DNA of 64,000 bases from an uncultured virus (IMG/VR IMGVR_UViG_3300031420_000005) (Duplodnaviria > Heunggongvirae > Uroviricota > Caudoviricetes): the IMG/VR virus record IMGVR_UViG_3300031420_000005; one strand, written 5' to 3'. Under the pieces are notes generated by a model, which ran no database searches, was not told the DNA's origin, and worked only from the letters and a program-made list of their open reading frames with translations. How positions within the stretch are numbered: the first letter of the stretch is position 1; the number at the start of each line of letters is the position of its first letter. A program made the position numbers and the translations under genes. Shown here in pieces: positions 57,187 through 64,000 of this stretch.

Positions 57187-57531
57187 TCAGCGATCCTGAC
57201 CGATGATCTTCAGGATGGTGGTTCGAGCGCTGAGTAGCGCGCGGTCGCTGAGCCAGTCGAAGCGAAGGCAGACGGCCTCGTGGAGGAGCTGAGCCTCCCG
57301 GAACCTATGACCTCGACCGTCGAGCTTTCCGGAGATGTCTAGGAATTCGCAGCGAGCCGCCAGAGAGCTTTTCTTATCTGGCTCCATGGACAGGAGTTCG
57401 TAGAGAACCTCCGTGCGCCGGTCGTCCATGCGCCGGTCGCGGATTCCTCGGAGGAGCTCTCCGAAGCGCTCGAGGGGAGTCAGACGGTAGCTCAGAGCGG
57501 AGCGGTAGAGCGAGAGATCGAGGTCGGTCAT
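57187..57531 (-). CDS. hypothetical protein
   Basis: TTGACA at promoter distance. Confidence 0.65.
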   Translation of the reverse strand: MTDLDLSLYRSALSYRLTPLERFGELLRGIRDRRMDDRRTEVLYELLSMEPDKKSSLAARCEFLDISGKLDGRGHRFREAQLLHEAVCLRFDWLSDRALLSARTTILKIIGQDR

Positions 57532-57581
57532 GGATCCAGTCCTGAGTGGCTAGAGTCAGCTTGTCAACGGGAGATCGAGAC

Positions 57582-57812
57582 TCAGTGGAAGGCCACGATG
57601 CGCTCGAGGACCTTCTCGGTGAGCTCGACCTGTGCCTCGCTGTAGCCCTGAGCATCCTGGAGCGCGTCGAGGAGGCTGTCAGCCTCTGCCTGGAAGTCGG
57701 CAGCGTCCCGGCCGATGAGGAAGGTCCGGAAGTAGCCCAGGGGCGAGTCGGGGTTGAGCGAGGACAGCGGGTTGGAGGAGACGGTGGTGGCGGAGAGCTC
57801 TGTGGTGGTCAT
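57582..57812 (-). CDS. hypothetical protein
   Basis: TTGACA-17-TAGGTT leaderless promoter. Confidence 0.75.
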   Translation of the reverse strand: MTTTELSATTVSSNPLSSLNPDSPLGYFRTFLIGRDAADFQAEADSLLDALQDAQGYSEAQVELTEKVLERIVAFH

Positions 57813-57941
57813 GGGTACAACCTACGCTCGATTCGGGTTCTTGTCAACGGACATATGCCATAAAACAAGATTCCTGTTATATGGAATAACTGAAGAAAGG
57901 AGTGTACCCTCCCAGCGGGGCAGTGAGGGCAGAGGGAACTG

Positions 57942-58181
57942 TCAGTGGATCGCTGCAGCGGGCACCAGGGGCTCTCCCGTGGGTTCCACCGAGTAGCTGA
58001 AGCGAGCCTTGTAGCTGCTCGAGACATCGTTCTTGAGGTAGCGAGCGCACTCGCGCTTGGAACCGGTTCGGAGGAGGATGCCGGTGACCGTGTTGAAGAC
58101 GGCATACTCCCGGCGGCTGTTGGCGAGGACAGCGGCGGTGGCGATGGCGAGGGCTCCGAGGAGCTGTGCGGTGGCGTTCAC
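57942..58181 (-). CDS. paralog family I protein (G[ST]..[EQ]C..[YF])
   Basis: GSKRECARYL...YSV.PTG; leaderless GTG. Confidence 0.7.
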   Translation of the reverse strand: MNATAQLLGALAIATAAVLANSRREYAVFNTVTGILLRTGSKRECARYLKNDVSSSYKARFSYSVEPTGEPLVPAAAIH

Positions 58182-58250
58182 GGATTCATCCTATGACGAA
58201 GCCGGCAGCCCTGTCAACGGACTGCCGGCGATTTGTGCTAGTACTGAGAT

Positions 58251-58661
58251 TCAGTCGAGCCCCGCGAAGGTACGCTCAGCGTCCCGGCGGATGCGCTTGA
58301 TGAAGGTGACCTGGCGGTAATAGGGGTCATCCCAGCCGAAAAGGGCGTCCTTGAGCCAGGCCTGGAGGAGCTGGAGATCATCGCCGTCGTGCTCCTTCTC
58401 AAAGATGCTCACAGCGTAGAGGGCGGGCTCGCCGTAGGGAAGAACCTCGTCCTCTGGGGCAGCCAGCACCTGGTCGAAGTAGTCGCTGATCAGCTGAGCG
58501 TCGAGATCTTCGATCTGCTGGAGCTCCAGATAGAGTGCCTTGGCCTCTCGCTGGGTGAGCACGACGCGCTTCTCATCGGGCATGGTGATGAAGAGCTTGT
58601 GACGCTTCGGGATGACCTTGATGGCCTCAGCGTTGTTCTTGGATGCGGTGGTGATCGTCAT
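58251..58661 (-). CDS. hypothetical protein (MTITTASK...)
   Basis: TTGAAA-17-TAGCGT leaderless promoter. Confidence 0.75.
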   Translation of the reverse strand: MTITTASKNNAEAIKVIPKRHKLFITMPDEKRVVLTQREAKALYLELQQIEDLDAQLISDYFDQVLAAPEDEVLPYGEPALYAVSIFEKEHDGDDLQLLQAWLKDALFGWDDPYYRQVTFIKRIRRDAERTFAGLD

Positions 58662-58783
58662 GGATGTAACGCTACACGGCACTCAGAGGGATTTCAACAA
58701 AATAGACTTTCGGTTTACTACTCGCTAAGTTGATCCTGAGCAATCATCGAAGCCAGTCCATAGGCATCGGTGTCTCGTAGGGA

Positions 58784-59269
58784 CTATCCTTGGGAGAGCT
58801 CGATCTGCAGTCCCTCGGGGTCGCCGGACTGCTCGATGTAGTGGCAGCCCCAGTCGTCGGTCGCGAGCTCGGCATCCGGAAGGATCTCGAGGTTGATGGA
58901 TCGAAGCATCACCGGATAGCTCGCATCCGGGTTGAGGTCGAAGCGCCGACGGCTCACCGAAACCTCGAAGTCGTAGCCCTTCTTCCGGGCTTCCCAGCGA
59001 TTCTCCTCGACGAACTGCTTGCACTGTTCCTTGGTACCGAGGAGCAGGGGGATGAGATTGTCCAGGGCGAAGGTCTTCCGGCGATTGTGGATGCTCACCA
59101 TCCACTCGTACTCTCGCTCATCGACGCTCGCCCAGAGCCTCTTGAGATGGTCACGGAGCTCTTCCGTAGAAACCTTGAGCTCAGGGATCTTGGCGGGTCC
59201 GGGGATCGACTCAGGACCGTTGGCGCCCGAGAGGACGAGCCGTCCATCGCTGTCTGCAGCTGTGGCCAT
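58784..59269 (-). CDS. paralog family I protein
   Basis: LLLGTKEQCKQFVEE. Confidence 0.7.
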   Translation of the reverse strand: MATAADSDGRLVLSGANGPESIPGPAKIPELKVSTEELRDHLKRLWASVDEREYEWMVSIHNRRKTFALDNLIPLLLGTKEQCKQFVEENRWEARKKGYDFEVSVSRRRFDLNPDASYPVMLRSINLEILPDAELATDDWGCHYIEQSGDPEGLQIELSQG

Positions 59270-59273
59270 GGGA

Positions 59274-59582
59274 TCAGCCCTTCGAGGTCTGGATGGCTGT
59301 CGGGCTCGGGGTAGGGTTGGAGCTCTCGGCTAGGATGAGCTGGCCTGTGGGTCGGATCCCGTAGCCGAAGAACACCTTGTGGTAGGCCCGGATCTCCTCG
59401 GCGATGTAGCGCCTGCACTCCGCTCGAGTGCCGCTGTAGAACCCAGCCCGGCGCTTCCGGATCGGACCGAAGCCTCCGCTCCGGCGCGGCCGGTCGTAGA
59501 CCTCGTACTCCAGGGTAGCGCCCGTGAGCACCGAGAGGACCCGGGCTGCGAGCACGGTAAAAGCATGGCTGAGAGCGCTCAT
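59274..59582 (-). CDS. paralog family I protein
   Basis: YEVY...GTRAECRRYI...YGIRPTG. Confidence 0.7.
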   Translation of the reverse strand: MSALSHAFTVLAARVLSVLTGATLEYEVYDRPRRSGGFGPIRKRRAGFYSGTRAECRRYIAEEIRAYHKVFFGYGIRPTGQLILAESSNPTPSPTAIQTSKG

Positions 59583-59917
59583 CGGTGAGCCTCCTTCTGA
59601 AGGGGAGGGAGCTCGCGGATGAGCTCCTCCAGGGATCGGACTTCCTGCGGGTAGACATCATCGGGATCAAGGAAGATGCTGGAGCCGCTGCTGGGTCGCA
59701 CGCGGATGCTCAGGCCCACGGCGGAGACGCTGCTCCTAGCCTCCAGGGCGTACTTCTGGCACTGCCCAATGGTGCCCACGAGGAGCCGCAGGGAGCGCAG
59801 CCCGTGGACAGGCTGAGGGAGCCCGAGGAGGTGGACCTCGTAGCGCAGCACCGATGGCTGAGCCAGGGAAGCCTGGAGAGGAGTCCAGAAGGGGATTCGC
59901 AGGGACGCTCTGGCCAT
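59579..59917 (-). CDS. paralog family I protein
   Basis: YEVH...LLVGTIGQCQKY. Confidence 0.65.
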   Translation of the reverse strand: MARASLRIPFWTPLQASLAQPSVLRYEVHLLGLPQPVHGLRSLRLLVGTIGQCQKYALEARSSVSAVGLSIRVRPSSGSSIFLDPDDVYPQEVRSLEELIRELPPLQKEAHR

Positions 59918-59920
59918 CGT

Positions 59921-60631
59921 TCAGCTCTTCGATCCGGGAAGGAGCTTCCCCATGAAGCGAACGGCTCGAGCGACCTCGTCCTCGCGCCCTGCGAGCTCGG
60001 GGAACTTTGCCATGATCCTGTCCGCAGCGAGCCACTCCTCTGCACTGATGTGCTCTGGGATGGACTCCCGGTCGATGAGCTTGAAGTAGATTCGCTGGTA
60101 GCGCCGAGACTCGAAGGTCCTCGCGGCGTGCTGCGCCATTTCCCGGTAGACCGCGCGCAGCGAAGAGCGCTCGGGGCTGTGGAAGTCCTCTTCCGAGTTC
60201 TCGTCGATGGAGATGAAGTGGAAGAGCCCTGTGGTCGCGTCCTTCTGGACGAGGTAGATCAGATCCTCGCAGATGAGCTCGTCTACGGTCGAGTGGAAGT
60301 GCTTGGCCGCCCGGTAGCCTACGGGGCTCCCCTCGAAGCGATCCTCTCGGACCGAATCTGACTGAAGGAGCTGAGACCAGCTCTTCCGAGGCAGGGCGCT
60401 CTGCATCCAGTCCGATCGTGCACTCGAGAGAGCATGGCCCAGGGTGGGGCCGAAGTTCCCCTGGATGGTCGCGGCGTTGCCCTCGATGCGGACGAAGCGG
60501 AAGCCCCTGCCCTCGAGGTATTCGATGAGGTAGCCCGTGCCCTCAGCGCTGTACTCCCGGATGGTGTTCATGCGCAGGAGCCTGGAGTCAGCTCCGGTGC
60601 CCACGGGGGAGCTGAGGTCGAGTTCGATCAT
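59921..60631 (-). CDS. hypothetical protein (MIELDLSS...)
   Basis: TTGACA-17-TAGGAT leaderless promoter embedded in upstream gene. Confidence 0.8.
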   Translation of the reverse strand: MIELDLSSPVGTGADSRLLRMNTIREYSAEGTGYLIEYLEGRGFRFVRIEGNAATIQGNFGPTLGHALSSARSDWMQSALPRKSWSQLLQSDSVREDRFEGSPVGYRAAKHFHSTVDELICEDLIYLVQKDATTGLFHFISIDENSEEDFHSPERSSLRAVYREMAQHAARTFESRRYQRIYFKLIDRESIPEHISAEEWLAADRIMAKFPELAGREDEVARAVRFMGKLLPGSKS

Positions 60632-60641
60632 GGTTCCGATC

Positions 60642-61037
60642 CTACGCGAAGTGGTTGAAGCTGTCAACGGGTGCCACCAGGCTGCTGATCGGCCACTCAT
60701 CGGCTCTCACTCGAGCCACTTCGATGACGGCCCGGAGCTCTCGAGCCGTGCTGCGAAGGCTGAGCTTCCAGGGCGTGGCCTCGGCCTGGGGCTCTGAGGC
60801 GTGGAGGGCGACGGCGAGGTCCAGGGCATCCTCGATGTTCTCCACGGCTCCGCTCTCTCGCTGGAATGCGTAGCAATCGAAGGAGCTCACGGTGTAGCCG
60901 CAGGCCGCGTTGAACTCGATGAGGCAGCCGCTGCCCTCTCCGTCGCTGAAGGAGAACATGGTCTCCTGCTCGCGCTCGGAGAAGGCCTTCCGGCGCACTT
61001 CCTGGAGCTCTGAGTAGCTCACCTCGAGAACGATCAT
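60642..61037 (-). CDS. hypothetical protein
   Basis: GAAAGGA RBS. Confidence 0.75.
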   Translation of the reverse strand: MIVLEVSYSELQEVRRKAFSEREQETMFSFSDGEGSGCLIEFNAACGYTVSSFDCYAFQRESGAVENIEDALDLAVALHASEPQAEATPWKLSLRSTARELRAVIEVARVRADEWPISSLVAPVDSFNHFA

Positions 61038-61048
61038 GGGGATTCCTT

Positions 61049-61360
61049 TCAGTCGGAGAGGCCGACGGCCTCGTCCATGAGCTTGTCGCAGTCGGAGCAG
61101 CTGATCTCACCGGTCATGGTGGTGCGCTCGCCGCGGACGCCGCAGTAGGCGAGGTCCCGGTCTCCGTTGCGGCCGACGGTGAAGTGGAGCCGGACGCTGC
61201 GCACGGGCCGGTCCGGGAAGAGCGGGTCGAAGTGGCACCAGGGGCAGGCGTTGAAGCCATCGTGCTTGCCCTGGCAGCCCTTGGGAGGCATGTTGCCGGG
61301 CTGCGGCATGAGCTCCGCGTCCTTGGGGCTGGCTGCCGGCTGCGAGTTCGTGGTGTCCAT
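61049..61360 (-). CDS. Cys-rich zinc-binding protein
   Basis: C...H...CPWC and H...CG...CSDC; TTGACA(61390-61395) promoter. Confidence 0.75.
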   Translation of the reverse strand: MDTTNSQPAASPKDAELMPQPGNMPPKGCQGKHDGFNACPWCHFDPLFPDRPVRSVRLHFTVGRNGDRDLAYCGVRGERTTMTGEISCSDCDKLMDEAVGLSD

Positions 61361-61423
61361 GGGAAGATCCTACGCCCGATGGAGGCAGCTGTCAACGGCC
61401 GACTTCTTCGCGGATTCGACCCC

Positions 61424-61534
61424 TAGCGCAACACGATGCGAAAGCGGTGGTTGCTTACCAAGTTCGGCTCAAAGTGCCCCAGAGGCAGCCTAGAGGCGCG
61501 CTGTGGTCGTTGCTCTAGCCTGCGCGCCCAGGAT
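61424..61534 (-). repeat. 111-bp intergenic element, copy 2
   Basis: Reverse complement aligns with 16748-16858. Confidence 0.75.
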
Positions 61535-61619
61535 CGCCAAAGCACCATCAGCCACCACGCAGAAAAGCCGCATCTTCAGCCCCAGCCTCGACGATCTGGA
61601 GCTCCCGGAAGTGAGCTAC

Positions 61620-61961
61620 TCAGGATCGGTTCTCTGGAGCCAAGATTGAGCGCCTGCGGTTCCGGTGGAGGATCAGCCCGAGGATGAGCCCACTGAGCAC
61701 TGCGAGCGCGACTCCACCGTGGGAGAGGAGAAGGAGCCAGTACCACTCCTGATTGTGGAAGCGCGTGGGAAGGAGCTGATCCCGGGCCAGAGCGCTCTCG
61801 CTGATGCCTCCGAGGAGCACGAAGGCCACTCCGCCCGCGAGGATGCTCAGGATCCCGAGGAAGACCGCACAGAGGAGGAACGCTCCGAGGATGCCGCCGG
61901 GCGCACTGTGAGCCTGCGCCACAGACTCCCCTAGTGCCGTCGGTCGGTCTCCCGTGGCCAT
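61620..61961 (-). CDS. 2-TM membrane protein
   Basis: Two hydrophobic helices. Confidence 0.7.
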   Translation of the reverse strand: MATGDRPTALGESVAQAHSAPGGILGAFLLCAVFLGILSILAGGVAFVLLGGISESALARDQLLPTRFHNQEWYWLLLLSHGGVALAVLSGLILGLILHRNRRRSILAPENRS

Positions 61962-61975
61962 GGTGCTCTCAGCTC

Positions 61976-62350
61976 TCAGTCCAGGGCAGCTCGGGCTTCA
62001 TTGGATCTTCCGTTCATGGCGAGGGCCTCCACCGCCGAACCCTGGGCAACACCCTTCTTGAGCCTTCGAAGGAAGAGCAGTTTCCGAGTGTTGAAGGCTA
62101 CTCCAGCTGCAGCGGCGGTGATCAGGAAAGGAAGGCCGTGTGTGGCTGGGATGCAACCAAGAAGAGTCGCCGGCGCTGAGATCGCCGTGAGTGGCGCGTA
62201 GAGCTTGGTCTCGAACATGGTGTAGGGGTAGGGGTCTGCATTCACATCTTCCTGAAGGGCCGCATTGATGGCTCGACTGCGAGCGCTACGCTGGAACTTC
62301 GGCAGCTTCAGCCAGGATGCGGGCTTGGAGATTCGCTCAAGTGCTCCCAT
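61976..62350 (-). CDS. 2-TM membrane protein, paralog family G
   Basis: D..AN..PY...2TM...LLFLRRLKKG. Confidence 0.75.
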   Translation of the reverse strand: MGALERISKPASWLKLPKFQRSARSRAINAALQEDVNADPYPYTMFETKLYAPLTAISAPATLLGCIPATHGLPFLITAAAAGVAFNTRKLLFLRRLKKGVAQGSAVEALAMNGRSNEARAALD

Positions 62351-62688
62351 CAGCGGAGCTCCTTTCGGGAACTGTCGAGGGGCTTGGGATGGCGCCTCAG
62401 GTAGGTGAGCCTGAAGCTCTGGCTAGCGGCGGCGGTTGCGAGGGCTGCAGGCATGAGGAAGAGTCCCCAGAGATCGGGCGCCAAGCTGTGAGCACTCAGG
62501 ATGCCAGCACCACCGAGCATGGCCGCCACGGTCACATGCCTTGCGGCGCTGTCGATGTAGGCAACGCTGTGGAGGTCTATGTCCTCCCGGATCGCAGCCT
62601 TGAGCTTCCAGCGCTGGAGCTTGCGGTGCTCCCGGCCGAGCTGACGCACATCCCGGCTGAAGCGAAGCCACTCCATGGTGCCCATCAT
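62350..62688 (-). CDS. 2-TM membrane protein, paralog family G
   Basis: AIREDIDL...2TM...LTYLRR; ATGA coupling. Confidence 0.7.
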   Translation of the reverse strand: MMGTMEWLRFSRDVRQLGREHRKLQRWKLKAAIREDIDLHSVAYIDSAARHVTVAAMLGGAGILSAHSLAPDLWGLFLMPAALATAAASQSFRLTYLRRHPKPLDSSRKELR

Positions 62689-63049
62689 CTCTCGATTTCC
62701 CTGCACTGCTGGCTCAGGAGTTCCAGTGTACCCTGGGGATCCTGCTGAAGCGCAGTGGCTCCATCCTCAACCCGGTAGAGGTAGACGAGCCGGTTGGCCT
62801 GGGTACCTATGGTGAGATGCACGGCTAGAGGCGCCACTCCGAGCCAGATGAAGTCGGGACCGAGCGTAAGGAGAGGGATGGTGGAGCCTAGTGCGCCGAC
62901 GAGGGGAGGGTGATGAGGAAGCGCTTCATCTGCGCCCTGTAGGGCTCAGGGTTCTCAGCCCTGTCGAACCTGAAGGCAGCTCGAGCGAGCTCACGGACCC
63001 GCTTTCTCTCCCTGTGGCGCTCTTTCAGTCGCTGGAGCGGGCCGGTCAT
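62685..63049 (-). pseudogene. frameshifted paralog family G gene (or sequencing error)
   Basis: MTGPLQRL...DRAENPEPY...; adding one C in the C-run near 62903-62906 restores ...RLVYLYRV...EIER* with ATGA coupling on both sides. Confidence 0.7.
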
Positions 63050-63420
63050 GCAAACTCATCCTCTGGGATCGGCTCTGCCCGGAGCTCTCCGAGGTCGGTC
63101 TGCTCCGTTGTTCGAGATGCTCGACCGAGCCTAAGTCGCCGAAGGAAGACCAACTTTTCACCTAAGAGTGCGGAGGCCGTTAGCGTCGTGACACCACTGA
63201 CGAACAGATAGTCGAGGTCGCCATTGAATGAACTGAGCAACTCAAGGCTCAGAAGTGCGGGCACTCCCAAAAGCATCAAGTACTTGTAACCTCTGTCGTA
63301 GCCTTCGGGGTTGGCGCTCTTGTCGAGTTCGAGCTGACGCTTGAGCTCCGCGCGGGCGCTCTGGCGCTTCGACTGCGGCTTCAGGGCCTGTCGCTCTCTC
63401 GGTCGTTCGAGAATGCTCAT
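63046..63420 (-). CDS. 2-TM membrane protein, paralog family G
   Basis: DKSANPEGY...LVFLRRLRLG...DLGELR. Confidence 0.75.
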   Translation of the reverse strand: MSILERPRERQALKPQSKRQSARAELKRQLELDKSANPEGYDRGYKYLMLLGVPALLSLELLSSFNGDLDYLFVSGVTTLTASALLGEKLVFLRRLRLGRASRTTEQTDLGELRAEPIPEDEFA

Positions 63421-63818
63421 GGGGTTGCCTCACTCTCTAGGGTCTCTACTCGAAGCTCTCCGAGGTCGGCGTACTCCTGGCTCCCGTTCTTCGAGACTGC
63501 TCCGATCCTACCCTTCTTGAGCCGGTGAAGGAAGATCAATCGAGGGCCCAGGATGCCTGAGATCATGGCCGCGATGGCGGGTGAGAAGGCAACCAGGAAT
63601 CCGTAGGGACCGGGATCGAAGCCCGGAATGAAGGGAGTACCGATGAGCGTGACCATTGTCAGTGGGAAGCCAAGGTACACCATAAGACTCGCCAGAATCC
63701 CGTAGGGTCGCCCGTTGAGCTCCTCGTCGGCCTTCATGGCTCGAAGAACCTTCACCCTCTCAGCCTTGTGGGCGGCCAGCTTAGGCTTGATCGATGAAAG
63801 CCGCTTCAGTGCTGCCAT
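63417..63818 (-). CDS. 2-TM membrane protein, paralog family G
   Basis: DEELNGRPY...LIFLHRLKKG...DLGELR. Confidence 0.75.
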   Translation of the reverse strand: MAALKRLSSIKPKLAAHKAERVKVLRAMKADEELNGRPYGILASLMVYLGFPLTMVTLIGTPFIPGFDPGPYGFLVAFSPAIAAMISGILGPRLIFLHRLKKGRIGAVSKNGSQEYADLGELRVETLESEATP

Positions 63819-64000
63819 CAGCTGTTCGCCAGGGCCACGATGCGAGTAGCCACAGCCTGGATCTGCGCCTCCGTGAGCGCACCGTTGGCCTCCTCGAAGA
63901 GCACCTGAACGACCGCCTCCGAGCTAAGCTTCGGCTCGGCCGCGAGCTTTGCATCCTTGGCGAGCTCCTTGCTCCAGCCATAGGCATCGTCGCCTCCAAC
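63818..64000 (-). CDS. hypothetical protein, 5'-truncated (...IQAVATRIVALANS*)
   Basis: Open frame to TGA that overlaps next ATG. Confidence 0.6.
   Translation of the reverse strand, partial: VGGDDAYGWSKELAKDAKLAAEPKLSSEAVVQVLFEEANGALTEAQIQAVATRIVALANS

Noticed and set aside
234..63999. Many long antisense or alternate-frame ORFs in the track (e.g. 3654-4838+, 43855-45165-, 20164-21336-, 46625-47593+)
   Set aside because: Shadows of real genes on the opposite strand in GC-rich DNA; no promoter or RBS and atypical composition.
1..64000. Very frequent GAGCTC and CTCGAG palindromes
   Set aside because: Adequately explained by preferred GAG (Glu) and CTC (Leu) codons in acidic proteins.
1..64000. 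CRISPR array, integron attC array, tRNA/rRNA, transposase or integrase
   Set aside because: No regularly spaced identical repeats, attC cores, cloverleafs or recombinase motifs seen by eye.

Overview
High-GC (about 65-67% by eye) actinobacterial-type DNA packed with about 115 mostly short, mostly unrecognisable genes in long co-oriented blocks. I found no housekeeping operons, rRNA/tRNA, CRISPR, transposase, integrase, or phage structural/replication genes. It most resembles the accessory 'early/leading' region of a very large mobile element (jumbo phage or megaplasmid); the replicon type cannot be fixed from this window. Recognisable genes: Thg1-like 3'-5' nucleotidyltransferase, 2H phosphoesterase, DEDDh exonuclease, YspA/SLOG protein, L,D-transpeptidase, DUF4031, XRE-HTH, and a PFGKY-motif plus putative nuclease fusion. 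At least nine paralog families are locally expanded. The most striking signals are non-coding. (1) About 45 genes each carry their own sigmaA-type promoter, mostly placed for leaderless mRNA, with two regionally segregated -35 classes (TTGACA vs TTGCGC). (2) An ACACCAC motif sits at or just after predicted +1, both in leaders and inside MDTT/MNTT codons. (3) A ~180-nt covarying, probably pseudoknotted leader precedes both genes of a paralog pair. (4) A covarying ~100-nt element occurs three times just 3' of stop codons. (5) A 111-bp element occurs twice. (6) A promoter-driven ORF-less ncRNA candidate lies near 51.1 kb. (7) The tetramer ACGT appears to be absent. All structural and functional calls are by eye and need computation.
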